Assembly: GCA_964291655.2 (NCBI GenBank)
Contig: OZ219802.1
Span: 1,088,001-1,152,000, forward strand
DNA length: 64,000 bases
Direction: 5' to 3'
Source of the DNA: Chloroflexota bacterium
GTDB taxonomy: Bacteria > Chloroflexota > UBA11872 > VXOZ01
The notes beneath the pieces are model-generated. The model ran no database searches, had not been told where the DNA came from, and was given only the letters and a program-made list of their open reading frames with translations. How positions within the stretch are numbered: position 1 is the stretch's first letter; every line of letters starts with the position of its first letter. Below are positions 29,939-40,005 of this stretch, one piece after another. The position numbers and the translations under genes were made by a program.

Positions 29939-31213
29939 ATGGCCAATGGACTACAAGCCGGAGTAGGGCGCGCGACGATTACACCGCCACTCGGTACGTG
30001 GCTGTGTGGGTTCGGCAACCGCGAACACGGGTGCGATGCCATCCTCGACGATCTCTACGCCACGACGCTCGTGCTTGCGAATGACGAGACTACCATCGCT
30101 ATTGTGAGCTGTGACGTTTGCGGGATACCGTCACAGCAAGTGGCCGCACTGCGCGCTTTGATTGCGAAGCGTACCGGCATCCCCGCTGCCCATGTGCTGG
30201 TCAACACCTCACATACGCACTCCGGCCCGTTCACGAGCATTCATGCCGACATGTCGGACCACGAACGGGCGTATTCCACGAATCTGATACACGCCATTGC
30301 CGGTTCGGTCGAAATGGCGCAAAGCAGTTTAGAGGCGTGCTGGATAACCCACAGCGCCGGCAGCGTGGCTGTGAACGTCAATCGCCGCCAAACGCACACT
30401 GGCGGTAGCATGGTACTCGGCGAAAACGCGCGCGGCGCGCTGGATACCACTGTGCAACTCTTGCGCATAGATACAGATGACGGCGAACCGCTGGCCGCGA
30501 TGGTGCATTATGCGTGCCATCCCGTGGTGCTCTTTCCGCCCAGCCATGCCGTCTCCGCCGATTTCGTGGGCGTCGCCCGCGGCCTCTTCGAAGCGGCAAG
30601 TGGGGCAACCATGCTCTTCTTGCAGGGAGCGTGCGGTAACATCAACCCTATCGGCCAACGCAGTGAGATGGATATGCAAGAACGCCTTTGGGGCGTGGGC
30701 AGCGCTCTGGGAGCGGAGGCCCTGAAAGTCTATTCGCTCAGTGGCCTGCGCTCAGCCTTTGGGGAAGCCACGCCGCTCGAACCCGAGCTTGGGGCCGCGC
30801 ACGAAACGCTAGCGCTCGAATTGCTGCCGCCGGGTGAACCACCATCCACGTTTCGGACGCGCACACCGGCTCTTCGCTACTGGACGCCGCCGCTGGTTGG
30901 CGAGAACCAAGTGGCATTTGAAGTGCAGGCGCTCCGCATTGGCGACGTGGCCTTGGTTGGCGGCGCCGGTGAGGTCTTCATCGAGCTTGCTCAGGCGGTA
31001 CAGGAGCGCTCGCCCTTTGCGCATACCATGTACCTGGGCTATGCCAACGGCGATATCGGCTATATTCCCACCGCCGCCGCCTACGCCGAGGGCGGCTACG
31101 AGGTCGATGTCGCCCACTTCCACTACAGTCTCCCCGCCGCGGTCGCACCAAATAGCGCCGAGCGGGTCGTGGACGCCAGCGTGGCACTCTTGGATTCCCT
31201 TTACGAAAGCTAA
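29939..31213 (+). CDS. neutral/alkaline ceramidase-like metallohydrolase
   Basis: ITPPLG, DDLYAT, SHTHSGP, HYACHP, SADF, QGACGN, GEVF, GYIPT..AY.EGGYE. Confidence 0.85.
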   Translation: MANGLQAGVGRATITPPLGTWLCGFGNREHGCDAILDDLYATTLVLANDETTIAIVSCDVCGIPSQQVAALRALIAKRTGIPAAHVLVNTSHTHSGPFTSIHADMSDHERAYSTNLIHAIAGSVEMAQSSLEACWITHSAGSVAVNVNRRQTHTGGSMVLGENARGALDTTVQLLRIDTDDGEPLAAMVHYACHPVVLFPPSHAVSADFVGVARGLFEAASGATMLFLQGACGNINPIGQRSEMDMQERLWGVGSALGAEALKVYSLSGLRSAFGEATPLEPELGAAHETLALELLPPGEPPSTFRTRTPALRYWTPPLVGENQVAFEVQALRIGDVALVGGAGEVFIELAQAVQERSPFAHTMYLGYANGDIGYIPTAAAYAEGGYEVDVAHFHYSLPAAVAPNSAERVVDASVALLDSLYES

Positions 31214-31266
31214 TGGGCGGGTTGTTTGCAGATACGGGCATCAAACGTTAGCACATGAGGTAGCTT

Positions 31267-32094
31267 ATGTTTTCGCTTGGCGTAATGACTGATGAAGTCT
31301 CGCAGGACCTGGCGCATGCCCTCGACGTGATCGAGGAGTTTGGCGTGCGCACGGTCGAACTGCACAGCATTTGGGACAAGAACATCTGCGACCTGGACAG
31401 TCATGAGCTGACTCAAGTCCTGCGCATGGTGCGCCAGCGGGGCTTCGCCGTGTGCGATATTGCCTCGCTCTTCCTGCGGTGTCCCATCGATGATCTGGAT
31501 GCCTACAACGAGCACATCAAGATACTGGAACGGTCGATTCAGATTGCGCCGCTCTTCGACTGCCAACTTGTGCGCTGCTTCTCGTTCTGGCGTGAAGATG
31601 ATCTCGATGCGCACTGGGAGACAATCCTCGCACGGCTGGAATTGCCGGTGCGCATGGCGGAGTCCGCCGGGGTGACGCTGGCATTCGAGAACGTGCGCTC
31701 GTGCAACATTGGGACCGGCGCGGAGACGACGCGCTTGATGGAAGAGATAAACTCGCCGAACCTGCGCGTGATCTGGGACCCGGGCAATGCGTACGTGTCC
31801 GGCGAGGCGCGGCCCTACCCCGACGGCTACGAAGCGGTGAAGCCCTGGATCATCCACGTGCACGTGAAGGATGCGGTGCTCAGCCCTGCGGGCGAATCGG
31901 TGTGGAAGCCCATTGGCGCGGGCAAGGTAGACTACTCCGGTCAGATGAAGGCGCTGGCGGACGACGGCTACGAGGGTGTGGTGTCGCTGGAGACCCACTA
32001 CAAGCCGGAAAACGGTACCGCCGAGCAGGGCAGCCGGGAGTCTTTTGCTGGACTGCAGGCAATCTTGGCGGCACAGGGGATTGTTCCTGACTAG
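31267..32094 (+). CDS. sugar phosphate isomerase/epimerase family (TIM barrel)
   Basis: TDEVS, FEN, WDPGN, HVHVKD, SLETH. Confidence 0.9.
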   Translation: MFSLGVMTDEVSQDLAHALDVIEEFGVRTVELHSIWDKNICDLDSHELTQVLRMVRQRGFAVCDIASLFLRCPIDDLDAYNEHIKILERSIQIAPLFDCQLVRCFSFWREDDLDAHWETILARLELPVRMAESAGVTLAFENVRSCNIGTGAETTRLMEEINSPNLRVIWDPGNAYVSGEARPYPDGYEAVKPWIIHVHVKDAVLSPAGESVWKPIGAGKVDYSGQMKALADDGYEGVVSLETHYKPENGTAEQGSRESFAGLQAILAAQGIVPD

Positions 32095-32129
32095 AACTCG
32101 TGCCCCAACTGCATCATTTTGGGTGGGAC

Positions 32130-32300
32130 ATACCCTTCGACCCTCCGGCAAGCTCAGGGCGAGCGGTAACTGCCTGATTAGAGGGTAAGCAGCGAAGCGA
32201 GCACGCACGATCACGGCAGAATTTCGTTACGGCAAGAGATTCCCCTCACCCCCGTATCAAGCACGGGGCAGGCTCTAACCCTCTCCCCGAGGAGAGGGAA
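32130..32300. repeat. REP-like repeats of the CCCTTCGAC and CCCTCACCC families
   Basis: match copies at 29548, 58150-58312 and 27210. Confidence 0.7.
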
Positions 32301-32341
32301 CCGGAGGAGCCAACTACACGCTCAATTCCCGCTTGCTCGTC

Positions 32342-32471
32342 GTAGCGCGTGGGCTTGTCCCCCGCTGAGTTGGCTCATCCAAGGTAACGCGGGGGGGGGG
32401 GGGGGGGGGGGGGGGGCTTGTCCCCCGCTGAATTGGCTCATCCGCGGTAGCGCGGGGGCTTGTCCCCCGCC
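32342..32471 (+). repeat. tandem 42-bp GTAG-REP units with a G26 tract
   Basis: GTAGCGCGGGGGCTTGTCCCCCGCTGARTTGGCTCATCC about 2.6 copies; G5 is G26 (32391-32416) in the middle copy. Confidence 0.85.
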
Positions 32472-32602
32472 TCTTGGCGAGAAGAGAAGATACCCAGAGA
32501 GGCGATTTGCTAGAGCAAGATGTCGCAGAGGGTCGCACGATGACCACACATTTTCGTTACAATAAAGGCGTGTAGCATCTAAATTCCAGGGGAGAGCGCG
32601 GC

Positions 32603-33997
32603 ATGAGCACGACAATCGGGACTTCCAAACGTACGCTTGACGAGCTCTTTGTAGAGCAATTCGCCGGTTCAGCCGTGCGCTTCAGAGAAGCAGTAGAAAT
32701 CTTTCCCAACGGCGCGACCCACGACGGCCGCGCCCAGAAGCCGTTTCCGCTCTACATCGAACGCGCCCAAGGCGCGCATAAGTGGGACGTGGACGGCAAC
32801 CGCATTATCGACTTTCTGGTCGGCCATGGCGCTTTGCTCTTGGGGCACGGGCATCCCGCTGTTGTAGAAGCCGTCACCGCGCAAATGCAGCATAGCACGC
32901 ACTACGGCGCAGCCCACGAACGCGAGATTGAGTGGGGCCGCTTGGTGCAGAACCTCATTCCTTCCGCCGAGCGCGTGCGCTTTACAGGCTCCGGCACCGA
33001 AGCCACCTTGATGTGCCTGCGGTTGGCACGCGCCTACACCGGCAAGAGCAAAGTCATAAAGTTCGAACACCATTTCCACGGCTGGCACGACTATGTCGTC
33101 GTGGAAGAACCGCCCGCGCCGCCGCCCGCCGGCGTTCCGGCAGGCACCGCAGATTCGATGCTCGTGCTGCCGGTCCATGATCTCGATCGGCTCGAATCCG
33201 TCCTGCGAGACGACCCCGACATTGCCGCCGTCATCATGGAACCCACCGGCGCCGGCTACTCCTCCTATCCGCTTGATCCCGACTTCCTGGCGGCTGTGCG
33301 CAAGCTCACGCTCGATCACGGCGTGCTCATGATCATGGACGAAGTCATCACCGGCTTCCGCTGTTCACCGGGTGGCGCGCAGGCCGCTACCGGCGTGATC
33401 CCCGACCTGACAAGTTTGGCGAAAATCCTGGCTGGCGGCCTGCCGGGAGGCGCGGTGGCGGGGCGTGCCGACATCCTCGCCCACCTGGAATACCGTGATG
33501 AACCGGAGTGGAACTCGCGTAAGAAGGTCCGCCACCAGGGTACGTTTAACGCTAACCCACTCTCGGCGTCGGCCGGCGCCACCGCGTTGGCGATCGTGGC
33601 CGAAGGTTGGCCGGCGCGCCACGTGAACGATCTAGCGGCGCTGCTGCGGGATGAATTCAACCAGGTCATGGACGCCCACGGGCTCTCCGGCTGCGTCTAC
33701 GGCACGTACTCCATGCTCCACATTGCGCTCTACAACCCCCACAACCCTGACGAAAAGCTATCCCTCGCGGACTACGGCGCTAAAGGCCAGCCGCCCTTCA
33801 TCTCAATGCGGGATGTCGATCCGGCGCTCTACGGCAAGATGAAGCGCGGCTTGCAGGTGAACGGCGTCGATCTCATGGGCGACGGCGGCATGCTCTCCAC
33901 TGCCCATACCGAGGAAGACGTGCGCGAGGCTGCCGCGGCTTTCGACCGCACGGTCGACCTTCTGAAGCAAGAGGGCGCGATCCCCGGCGTGCGGTAG
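32603..33997 (+). CDS. class III aminotransferase (GSA aminomutase-like)
   Basis: WDVDGN, GSGTEA, FHGWHD, MDEVITGFR, LAKILAGGLPGG, GTFNANP. Confidence 0.92.
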   Translation: MSTTIGTSKRTLDELFVEQFAGSAVRFREAVEIFPNGATHDGRAQKPFPLYIERAQGAHKWDVDGNRIIDFLVGHGALLLGHGHPAVVEAVTAQMQHSTHYGAAHEREIEWGRLVQNLIPSAERVRFTGSGTEATLMCLRLARAYTGKSKVIKFEHHFHGWHDYVVVEEPPAPPPAGVPAGTADSMLVLPVHDLDRLESVLRDDPDIAAVIMEPTGAGYSSYPLDPDFLAAVRKLTLDHGVLMIMDEVITGFRCSPGGAQAATGVIPDLTSLAKILAGGLPGGAVAGRADILAHLEYRDEPEWNSRKKVRHQGTFNANPLSASAGATALAIVAEGWPARHVNDLAALLRDEFNQVMDAHGLSGCVYGTYSMLHIALYNPHNPDEKLSLADYGAKGQPPFISMRDVDPALYGKMKRGLQVNGVDLMGDGGMLSTAHTEEDVREAAAAFDRTVDLLKQEGAIPGVR

Positions 33998-34100
33998 AAG
34001 GGTTGGCTACGACATGTTGAGCGTAACGGCAATTGCTGCGAGCGTAGACGAATGCCTCTGTTCAGGGTTGGGATGAGCGACCCGGAGAAGGGAGCGAATT

Positions 34101-34334
34101 ATGGCAGTTTTTGACACTCACAAGGCGTTTGAAACCTTGACGAGTGGAGGCTTCAGTGATGCCCAGGCGCGGGCTCTGCTTAGCGCTATGGGCGAATCTC
34201 GTGAATCCTTGGCCACTAAAGCCGACTTGCGAGAACTGGAGTTGCGGGTACGACTACACTTAGGAGCTTACGTTTTCGCTGCGGCCGGCTTAGTGATAGC
34301 CGTACTCATCGCCTATATGGAGCTACGCGGCTAA
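34101..34334 (+). CDS. DUF1640/CCDC90-like small coiled-coil membrane-anchored protein
   Basis: FDTHKAFETL..GGFSDAQA...LATKADL plus C-terminal TM helix; GGGAG RBS. Confidence 0.8.
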   Translation: MAVFDTHKAFETLTSGGFSDAQARALLSAMGESRESLATKADLRELELRVRLHLGAYVFAAAGLVIAVLIAYMELRG

Positions 34335-34419
34335 CGTGGGACGAACCCTGAACTGAGCCCAAGGCGTCCGCCTCAGTGCCGCTCTCATGTCGGCGTTGCA
34401 ATACTGGAGTAGAAACAAA

Positions 34420-35412
34420 ATGAACGCTACTTCTGCCAATGAACAGACCTATAGCGGGCCGGATCAAGAGATCTTCAAGCACGCCTTCTCAGATCCGATT
34501 ATCGAGAACGAAATGCTCTATCCGGCGCTCACCACGCTGGACTGCATCTATGAGGCGAACTCCACGCTGCTCATGCCGGTCGAGCACTTCTTCACGGCGT
34601 ATGAAAATCTTCAGATCGAAGCGGCGGAGACGTTGACACTCGACGGCGGCGCTACCCACCTCTTGCAGGTCACCTATACGCTGGGCGGCGCCACGTATCA
34701 CGGCCACGCCTATGCGCCCGCCGCGCCTGACACCGGCAAACCCGCCTCGCTCATAATTCCGGGGAGCGGTCTCAACTGCTCCGAGCCGATCTACCGCCAG
34801 GACCCGGCCAGCTATCACGACGGCATAATCGAAGCGCTGGGCGAGGGCATCACGAACTACGTGTTCATCAAGCCCAACGAGGACTGCCTGGCCTTTCACA
34901 ACGGCGAAGGCAAGGTGGACGTCAATTTCTTCGTGAACTGGCTGCTCAATAATGCCACGTCCTATTCCGCCGCCTACATCGTGAGCGCCATGGCCATCAC
35001 CAAGTACCTCCAGGGCCGGCATGACAGCGTGGTGGTCGCCGGGCTGTCCCAGGGCGGCGGGGCGGCGCTGCTCACGTCGCTGCAGTCGCAACCCACGGCG
35101 GCCGTGATCGCCTCCGGCTTTTCGGTCATCATGGAGCGCATTCACTGGTCGGGGCACAACCAGATCATCATCCCCGGCATCGGGCAGGCCTACAGCAACG
35201 AGAACGTGCGCGAGAAGATCAAGGCGTCACCCACGCAATTCCTCTTCACGTACGGCAAACAGGAAAGCGTCATCTACCGCCTTGAGGCGGAAGAGCACTA
35301 TAGTTGCGACTTCCTCGCCGAGTGCCCCAACGTGCGCTGCGAATCCCACGACGAGGGCCACATCTTCCACGTCGCGATCACCAGCGACTTCCTCCGCAGC
35401 CTCGGCTTGTAA
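34420..35412 (+). CDS. alpha/beta hydrolase fold protein
   Basis: IIPGSG, GLSQGG nucleophile elbow, C-terminal EGH. Confidence 0.75.
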   Translation: MNATSANEQTYSGPDQEIFKHAFSDPIIENEMLYPALTTLDCIYEANSTLLMPVEHFFTAYENLQIEAAETLTLDGGATHLLQVTYTLGGATYHGHAYAPAAPDTGKPASLIIPGSGLNCSEPIYRQDPASYHDGIIEALGEGITNYVFIKPNEDCLAFHNGEGKVDVNFFVNWLLNNATSYSAAYIVSAMAITKYLQGRHDSVVVAGLSQGGGAALLTSLQSQPTAAVIASGFSVIMERIHWSGHNQIIIPGIGQAYSNENVREKIKASPTQFLFTYGKQESVIYRLEAEEHYSCDFLAECPNVRCESHDEGHIFHVAITSDFLRSLGL

Positions 35413-35520
35413 TTGGTAGATGCATTCTGGGCGACTTTACCGCCGCAGTCGCGGCGGCAGTTTGTGCAGTTCTTGAACAGGCCATTCTAAATTGGCGCGA
35501 CTCATTTGGACTAACCATCT

Positions 35521-37473
35521 ATGGATGCAATTGAGCACTACACTGATGAGTGGACGCCCCTCAATCCCGTCATCCTGGAAGCCCATCGCCCGCAGTCCGA
35601 CGCGGTTGTAGCGGCGGTTTGCACGCCGCAGCAAGCCATCGTTGGTTCGTGGCAAAGTGTCTCGCTGCAGCTCACACTCGGCCCGGACGGCCTACGTCAG
35701 GGCGATGCGATTGTCGTGCAGTCCGCCACGCGAGGCTTGCAATCCTGGCCGGCCCTGCAACACCTCATGCCCGCTGAAGCGGGCTATTCGAGCGCTGCAT
35801 CGGATTCCGGCAGCCGGGTAACGTGCCTTGTGGTCGGCCCGCATGTGCGCGTGATCGCAGCAGAACCGCTGCCGGCGGGAGATATCCTCCGTATCTCTTA
35901 CGGCGATCAGAGCGCCGGGGGTCCGGGAGTACGCATGACCCTAGCGGCGCTACGCCACTGGTTCCGCATTCTCTTCACTCCCCAGGACGGATCAGCCGTG
36001 CGCGAGGTGGTCGCGGAGCCGCCCTACCTCGATCTGCTGCCGGACGCACCGGAGAGTCTTGACGTTCTGGCGCCGAGCCACATGCGTCGCGGGGAGATGT
36101 CCACACTTGTCATCAAGGCAGTAGACGCCCACGGCAACACCGCAAGACCGCCGGCCGAACCCTCGATTGTTTCACCAATAATCGGGGTGGAGTGTCCCGG
36201 AGACGTCCAACTAGACGAGCGGGATCGGGCAGCACGTCGAATAGACGTGGTTCTCACGGAGGCGATGCCGCCCGCGGTGCGGCTGCGCCTTCGCGTGCGC
36301 CATCCGGCAACCAAAGACATAGGTATCAGCAACGCGGTGGAAGTCCTGCCCTCAGGTGATGATAGCGATCGTGTCTATTGGGGCGACCTGCACGCGCACA
36401 CGTCCCACGGCCACGCGTACGGGGAAATCGAAGACCTCTACCACTACGCCCGGGATGAGGCGCGCCTCGACTTCGTGGCGCACGTGGAGCACTACACCCG
36501 TGCCGGTGAGTGGCTGCACCCGTGGTGGCGGCGGCGCTATCCGGACTGTCACACAGTCGCGGACTTCGTCGAGCGTTCGTGGCAAGAGCGGTTTGAGCAG
36601 GCGCGGCGGTTTGACGACCCGGGCAAGTTCGTGCCGCTGCTGGGATTCGAATGGGCGCACACTACAGGACACCTCAACGGCTTCTTCCCCGGCTTAGAAG
36701 CGCCGCTGGTCCATCCCACGAGCTTTCGTGATCCGGCCATGACGCCTGCCCACCTCAAGGGGTTGCTCAAAGACCATAGCTGGTTCGGCGTGCCTCACCA
36801 CACCGCGTTTCCGCTGGGACGAGGCACCTTGGGCGGCTTCCGCTGGGAGCACTTCGATCCGGAAACCATGCCGTGCGTGGAGATCGCGTCCAAACAGGGA
36901 AACGGTGAACACTTCGGCGCGCCTTACGCTGCGCTGCCGATGGGAGTGGGCGGCACGGTGCGCGAGGGACTCGCCCGCGGGTTGCGCTTTGGTTTCGTGG
37001 GCGCGACAGATACGAACATCGCGCGTCCGGGCTCATTTACGGCCCAGGAGAAGCGCCAGCGCCTGCCGGGTCTGACGGCGGTGTCTGCGCCCGCCTTGGA
37101 GCGTGAGGCGATCTACAACGCCATCCGCAAGCGGCGCTGTTACGCAACGTTGGGTGGCAGACCCATACTGCGCTTCACAATCAACGGCGCGTTCATGGGC
37201 GAGTCGTTGCAGCTACCCCGCGCCGACGCTGTGAAGCATATCGTATGCGATGTTGCCGGTTCGGCAGAACTCGCCCGGGTGGAAATCATCAAGAACGGCG
37301 AGACGTTCTTCCAATTCGTCACGACGGACATGGGAAGCCAAAACCGCACCTACGACTACCGGGAGGAGTTTCCCGACACCGCCTCCAGCCAAGCGGGCGA
37401 CTATTACTACCTGCGCATCCAGCAATGCGACGGCGCGCTTGCCTGGTCCAGCCCAATCTGGATCGACCTATAG
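35521..37473 (+). CDS. DUF3604 / CehA-McbA-like PHP metallohydrolase
   Basis: YWGDLHAHT, LDF, GFEW, PHH, GFVGATD, RRCYAT, YYYLR, AWSSPIW. Confidence 0.85.
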   Translation: MDAIEHYTDEWTPLNPVILEAHRPQSDAVVAAVCTPQQAIVGSWQSVSLQLTLGPDGLRQGDAIVVQSATRGLQSWPALQHLMPAEAGYSSAASDSGSRVTCLVVGPHVRVIAAEPLPAGDILRISYGDQSAGGPGVRMTLAALRHWFRILFTPQDGSAVREVVAEPPYLDLLPDAPESLDVLAPSHMRRGEMSTLVIKAVDAHGNTARPPAEPSIVSPIIGVECPGDVQLDERDRAARRIDVVLTEAMPPAVRLRLRVRHPATKDIGISNAVEVLPSGDDSDRVYWGDLHAHTSHGHAYGEIEDLYHYARDEARLDFVAHVEHYTRAGEWLHPWWRRRYPDCHTVADFVERSWQERFEQARRFDDPGKFVPLLGFEWAHTTGHLNGFFPGLEAPLVHPTSFRDPAMTPAHLKGLLKDHSWFGVPHHTAFPLGRGTLGGFRWEHFDPETMPCVEIASKQGNGEHFGAPYAALPMGVGGTVREGLARGLRFGFVGATDTNIARPGSFTAQEKRQRLPGLTAVSAPALEREAIYNAIRKRRCYATLGGRPILRFTINGAFMGESLQLPRADAVKHIVCDVAGSAELARVEIIKNGETFFQFVTTDMGSQNRTYDYREEFPDTASSQAGDYYYLRIQQCDGALAWSSPIWIDL

Positions 37474-37502
37474 GGCTGAGGCAGCCACCGAAATAGCGGA
37501 AG

Positions 37503-38384
37503 CTAAACAAATGTCTCCAATGCCACGAAGACGAAGAACACCGCCGACAGGGAGCTATTCACGTGGAAGAAGGCGGTGTTGACTCGGGAGAGATTGCCCG
37601 GGCTGACGAGCAAGTGTTCCCAGATGAGCAGGGCTGCCACGGCGGCGATGCCGAGCCAGTAGAAAAGCCCGAGGCCAAGCAGCACACCAACTGCCACGAG
37701 GCAGAGCGCGGTGGCTGTGTGGGAAAGGGCGGAGAAGATTAGCGCTCCCGGTATGCCGAACCTCACGGGGACGGAGAAGAGCCCCTCTTTCAGGTCGATC
37801 TCGTAGTCCTGGCAGGCGTAGATCATATCGAAACCCGCCATCCAGGTAACTACTGCCGCGCCCAGCAGCACCGTGCTCCACGCGAATTCGCCCGTGACCG
37901 CGATCCAGCCGCCCATGGGCGCCATGGAACCGGAGACGCCCAGCGCAAAGTGGCTGAGCCACGTGAAGCGCTTCGTGTAGGAATAAAACACCAGCCAGAA
38001 AATCGCAATCGGCGAGAGCAGCACGCAGAGCCAGTTGAGCATGGCCGCGGCCAGCACCATAAGGGCAATGTTGAAAATACTCGCGCCCCACATGAACTGC
38101 GGCGTGAGTATGCCTTGCGGCAGGGCGCGAATTGCCGTGCGGGGATTGCGGCTGTCGAGGTGACGGTCGATGATACGGTTGAGCGACATGGCCGCGGTGC
38201 GCCCCGTAGTCATCGCTACCGTGACCCAGATGAACTGCCACCACGTCGGCAGACCCTCCGCCGCCAGCAGCATGGCGAGATAGGCAAACGGCAGCGTGAA
38301 GGCCGCGTGTTCGATCTTGATCGCTTCCAGGAACACGGGCACCTTGCGGATGACTGACCCCACGGAGGTTGAAGTCGCGCTCAT
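37503..38384 (-). CDS. UbiA-family prenyltransferase (MqnP-like)
   Basis: IKIEH..FTLPFAY, NRIIDRHLDSRNPRT..R, YSYTKRFT, GFDMIYACQD. Confidence 0.92.
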   Translation of the reverse strand: MSATSTSVGSVIRKVPVFLEAIKIEHAAFTLPFAYLAMLLAAEGLPTWWQFIWVTVAMTTGRTAAMSLNRIIDRHLDSRNPRTAIRALPQGILTPQFMWGASIFNIALMVLAAAMLNWLCVLLSPIAIFWLVFYSYTKRFTWLSHFALGVSGSMAPMGGWIAVTGEFAWSTVLLGAAVVTWMAGFDMIYACQDYEIDLKEGLFSVPVRFGIPGALIFSALSHTATALCLVAVGVLLGLGLFYWLGIAAVAALLIWEHLLVSPGNLSRVNTAFFHVNSSLSAVFFVFVALETFV

Positions 38385-38416
38385 GCTATCGCTCTCCCGG
38401 ATCCACTTCCGTGTCG

Positions 38417-39007
38417 CTAATCATCGTCGAGCATCTCCGCGAGCAGCGTTTCCATGGTGGTGATTGGCAAGGGTCCGATGAACTTGGCAGCGATCTCACC
38501 GTCCGGCGTAATGAAGAAGGTTTCGGGAATGCCGGAGACCCCGTATTCGATAGCGATCTTGCCGTTTGGATCTGGCCCACTGGGGTAGGTCTGCCCGAAT
38601 ACCTTGCGGAACTCGGCCGCAGCCTCCTCTGAGTCCCACAGGTTTATGCCGAGAATGACAACGCCGCGGTCTTGATAGCGCACATGCGTTTCCTGCAAAG
38701 TTAGCGCTTCGGCACGACACGGCGCACACCAGGAGGCCCAAAAGTTGATGATCACAGGCTGCCCTCGATAGTCGCTCAGCCGCACCTCACGGCCATCGCT
38801 GAGCGTGAGGGTAAAGTCCGGCGCCGGCCGGTTGTCCTGGCAAAGAAGGGTCGGCTCCAGGTTGATGCCGGGCGAGAAGCCGGCCAGTTGCCCGCTCTGG
38901 GAAAGGACATAGAAGAGGAGCGCCAGCAGTCCCGTAACCATCGCGACAAAGAGCGGTATGAGGATGTACCGCAGCGGAATGCTCCGCGGCGGCGCTGCTG
39001 AGCTCAC
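38417..39007 (-). CDS. TlpA/ResA-like membrane-anchored thiol-disulfide oxidoreductase
   Basis: N-terminal TM, APDFTL, NFWASWCAPC, GIPETFFI; GTG overlaps upstream TGA. Confidence 0.92.
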   Translation of the reverse strand: MSSAAPPRSIPLRYILIPLFVAMVTGLLALLFYVLSQSGQLAGFSPGINLEPTLLCQDNRPAPDFTLTLSDGREVRLSDYRGQPVIINFWASWCAPCRAEALTLQETHVRYQDRGVVILGINLWDSEEAAAEFRKVFGQTYPSGPDPNGKIAIEYGVSGIPETFFITPDGEIAAKFIGPLPITTMETLLAEMLDDD

Positions 39008-39807
39008 TGCACGATCTCCCAGATGTGCTCGATCAGGTACACCAGATCGTCGCCGCGAAAGACGGCAGTTCGCCCGTCCAGTCGCTCCTGGCGTGGAGAA
39101 CCAAAGACGCTCTGGTCCCAAATCTGCGTGTTTGTGACGGTAACCTGAATCTCGAATGGTGGCTGCAGCGACCACACCGGCGGCGGAGAAGCGGCGGTGA
39201 GCACGCCATGCGCCACCTCGCCAAGCTCCTCCCGCACCTCAGCAGGAGTGCGCAGCTTGGCGGCCTGAAATCCAAAGCCCCACTTCGTGGTGCACGTCCG
39301 CACACCCGGCAGCAGGCCCTCCGCCTCGGCGCAGGCGTGATTGTCGCCGCTCACCAACACCACAGGCACGTCCTGTGCGCCGCAGAGCGCGGCGTGGAGG
39401 CCGATCGTGCCCAGGTCCTGCCCATTGACCAGCACACGTGAAATACTCGGCGTGAGCGTCTGACACAGCACCGCGCCCCACGTGCCGGCTTTGGCGGGGT
39501 GGCCCAGCAGCATAGCGGCATCGGCATTAGCAAGCTCGCCGAATCGCACCTCTTGGTGTTCGCCAAAAACGTAGCTTGCGCCAAGATGCAAGAGGTCTTC
39601 GTGAAACGGTACGAGACCCGTGGCATCGTGCACGACGATCTCCTGCGCACCGGCGTTCTGAGCTCCCGCAACGGCTGCTGAAATCTCGCGGGCCATCAAC
39701 CCGCGCGCTTCTTCATAGAGGAATGCGGCCTCACTGTGCGGGTCTACCTGGTGACGATGCACAACGCCAGCGGTACCGGCGAATAGTGCGATGATGACAA
39801 CTTTCAT
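39004..39807 (-). CDS. M55 / DppA D-aminopeptidase-like protein with degenerate active site
   Basis: EEARGLMAREISAAVAGA..AGA.EI, VPVVLVSGD, TKWG scaffold; metal ligands not conserved. Confidence 0.75.
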   Translation of the reverse strand: MKVVIIALFAGTAGVVHRHQVDPHSEAAFLYEEARGLMAREISAAVAGAQNAGAQEIVVHDATGLVPFHEDLLHLGASYVFGEHQEVRFGELANADAAMLLGHPAKAGTWGAVLCQTLTPSISRVLVNGQDLGTIGLHAALCGAQDVPVVLVSGDNHACAEAEGLLPGVRTCTTKWGFGFQAAKLRTPAEVREELGEVAHGVLTAASPPPVWSLQPPFEIQVTVTNTQIWDQSVFGSPRQERLDGRTAVFRGDDLVYLIEHIWEIVQ

Positions 39808-40005
39808 GAAAGAGTCTCTTGTCGGAAACGCTGCAGTGATGCCTGTTTGCGGTCATGCGCTACCCGGCGCGGTAGCAAACTGCGGTACCGCGTGAAGATA
39901 GATTCCGCGCCCCCGCGCGGGGGCGAGCTTTCGCGGGAACCACCATCTCCCTATGTAAGCCACACGAGGAAATGAATGTGGCGACTGGCTTCCTGATGTC
40001 ATTCC

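Noticed and set aside
32342-32471. possible mini CRISPR array
   Set aside because: The spacers are near-identical rather than unique, the units match dispersed REPs, and no cas genes are present.
20859-33997. calling either class III aminotransferase hemL
   Set aside because: Both are divergent GSA-like paralogs without heme-pathway context, so substrate cannot be assigned.
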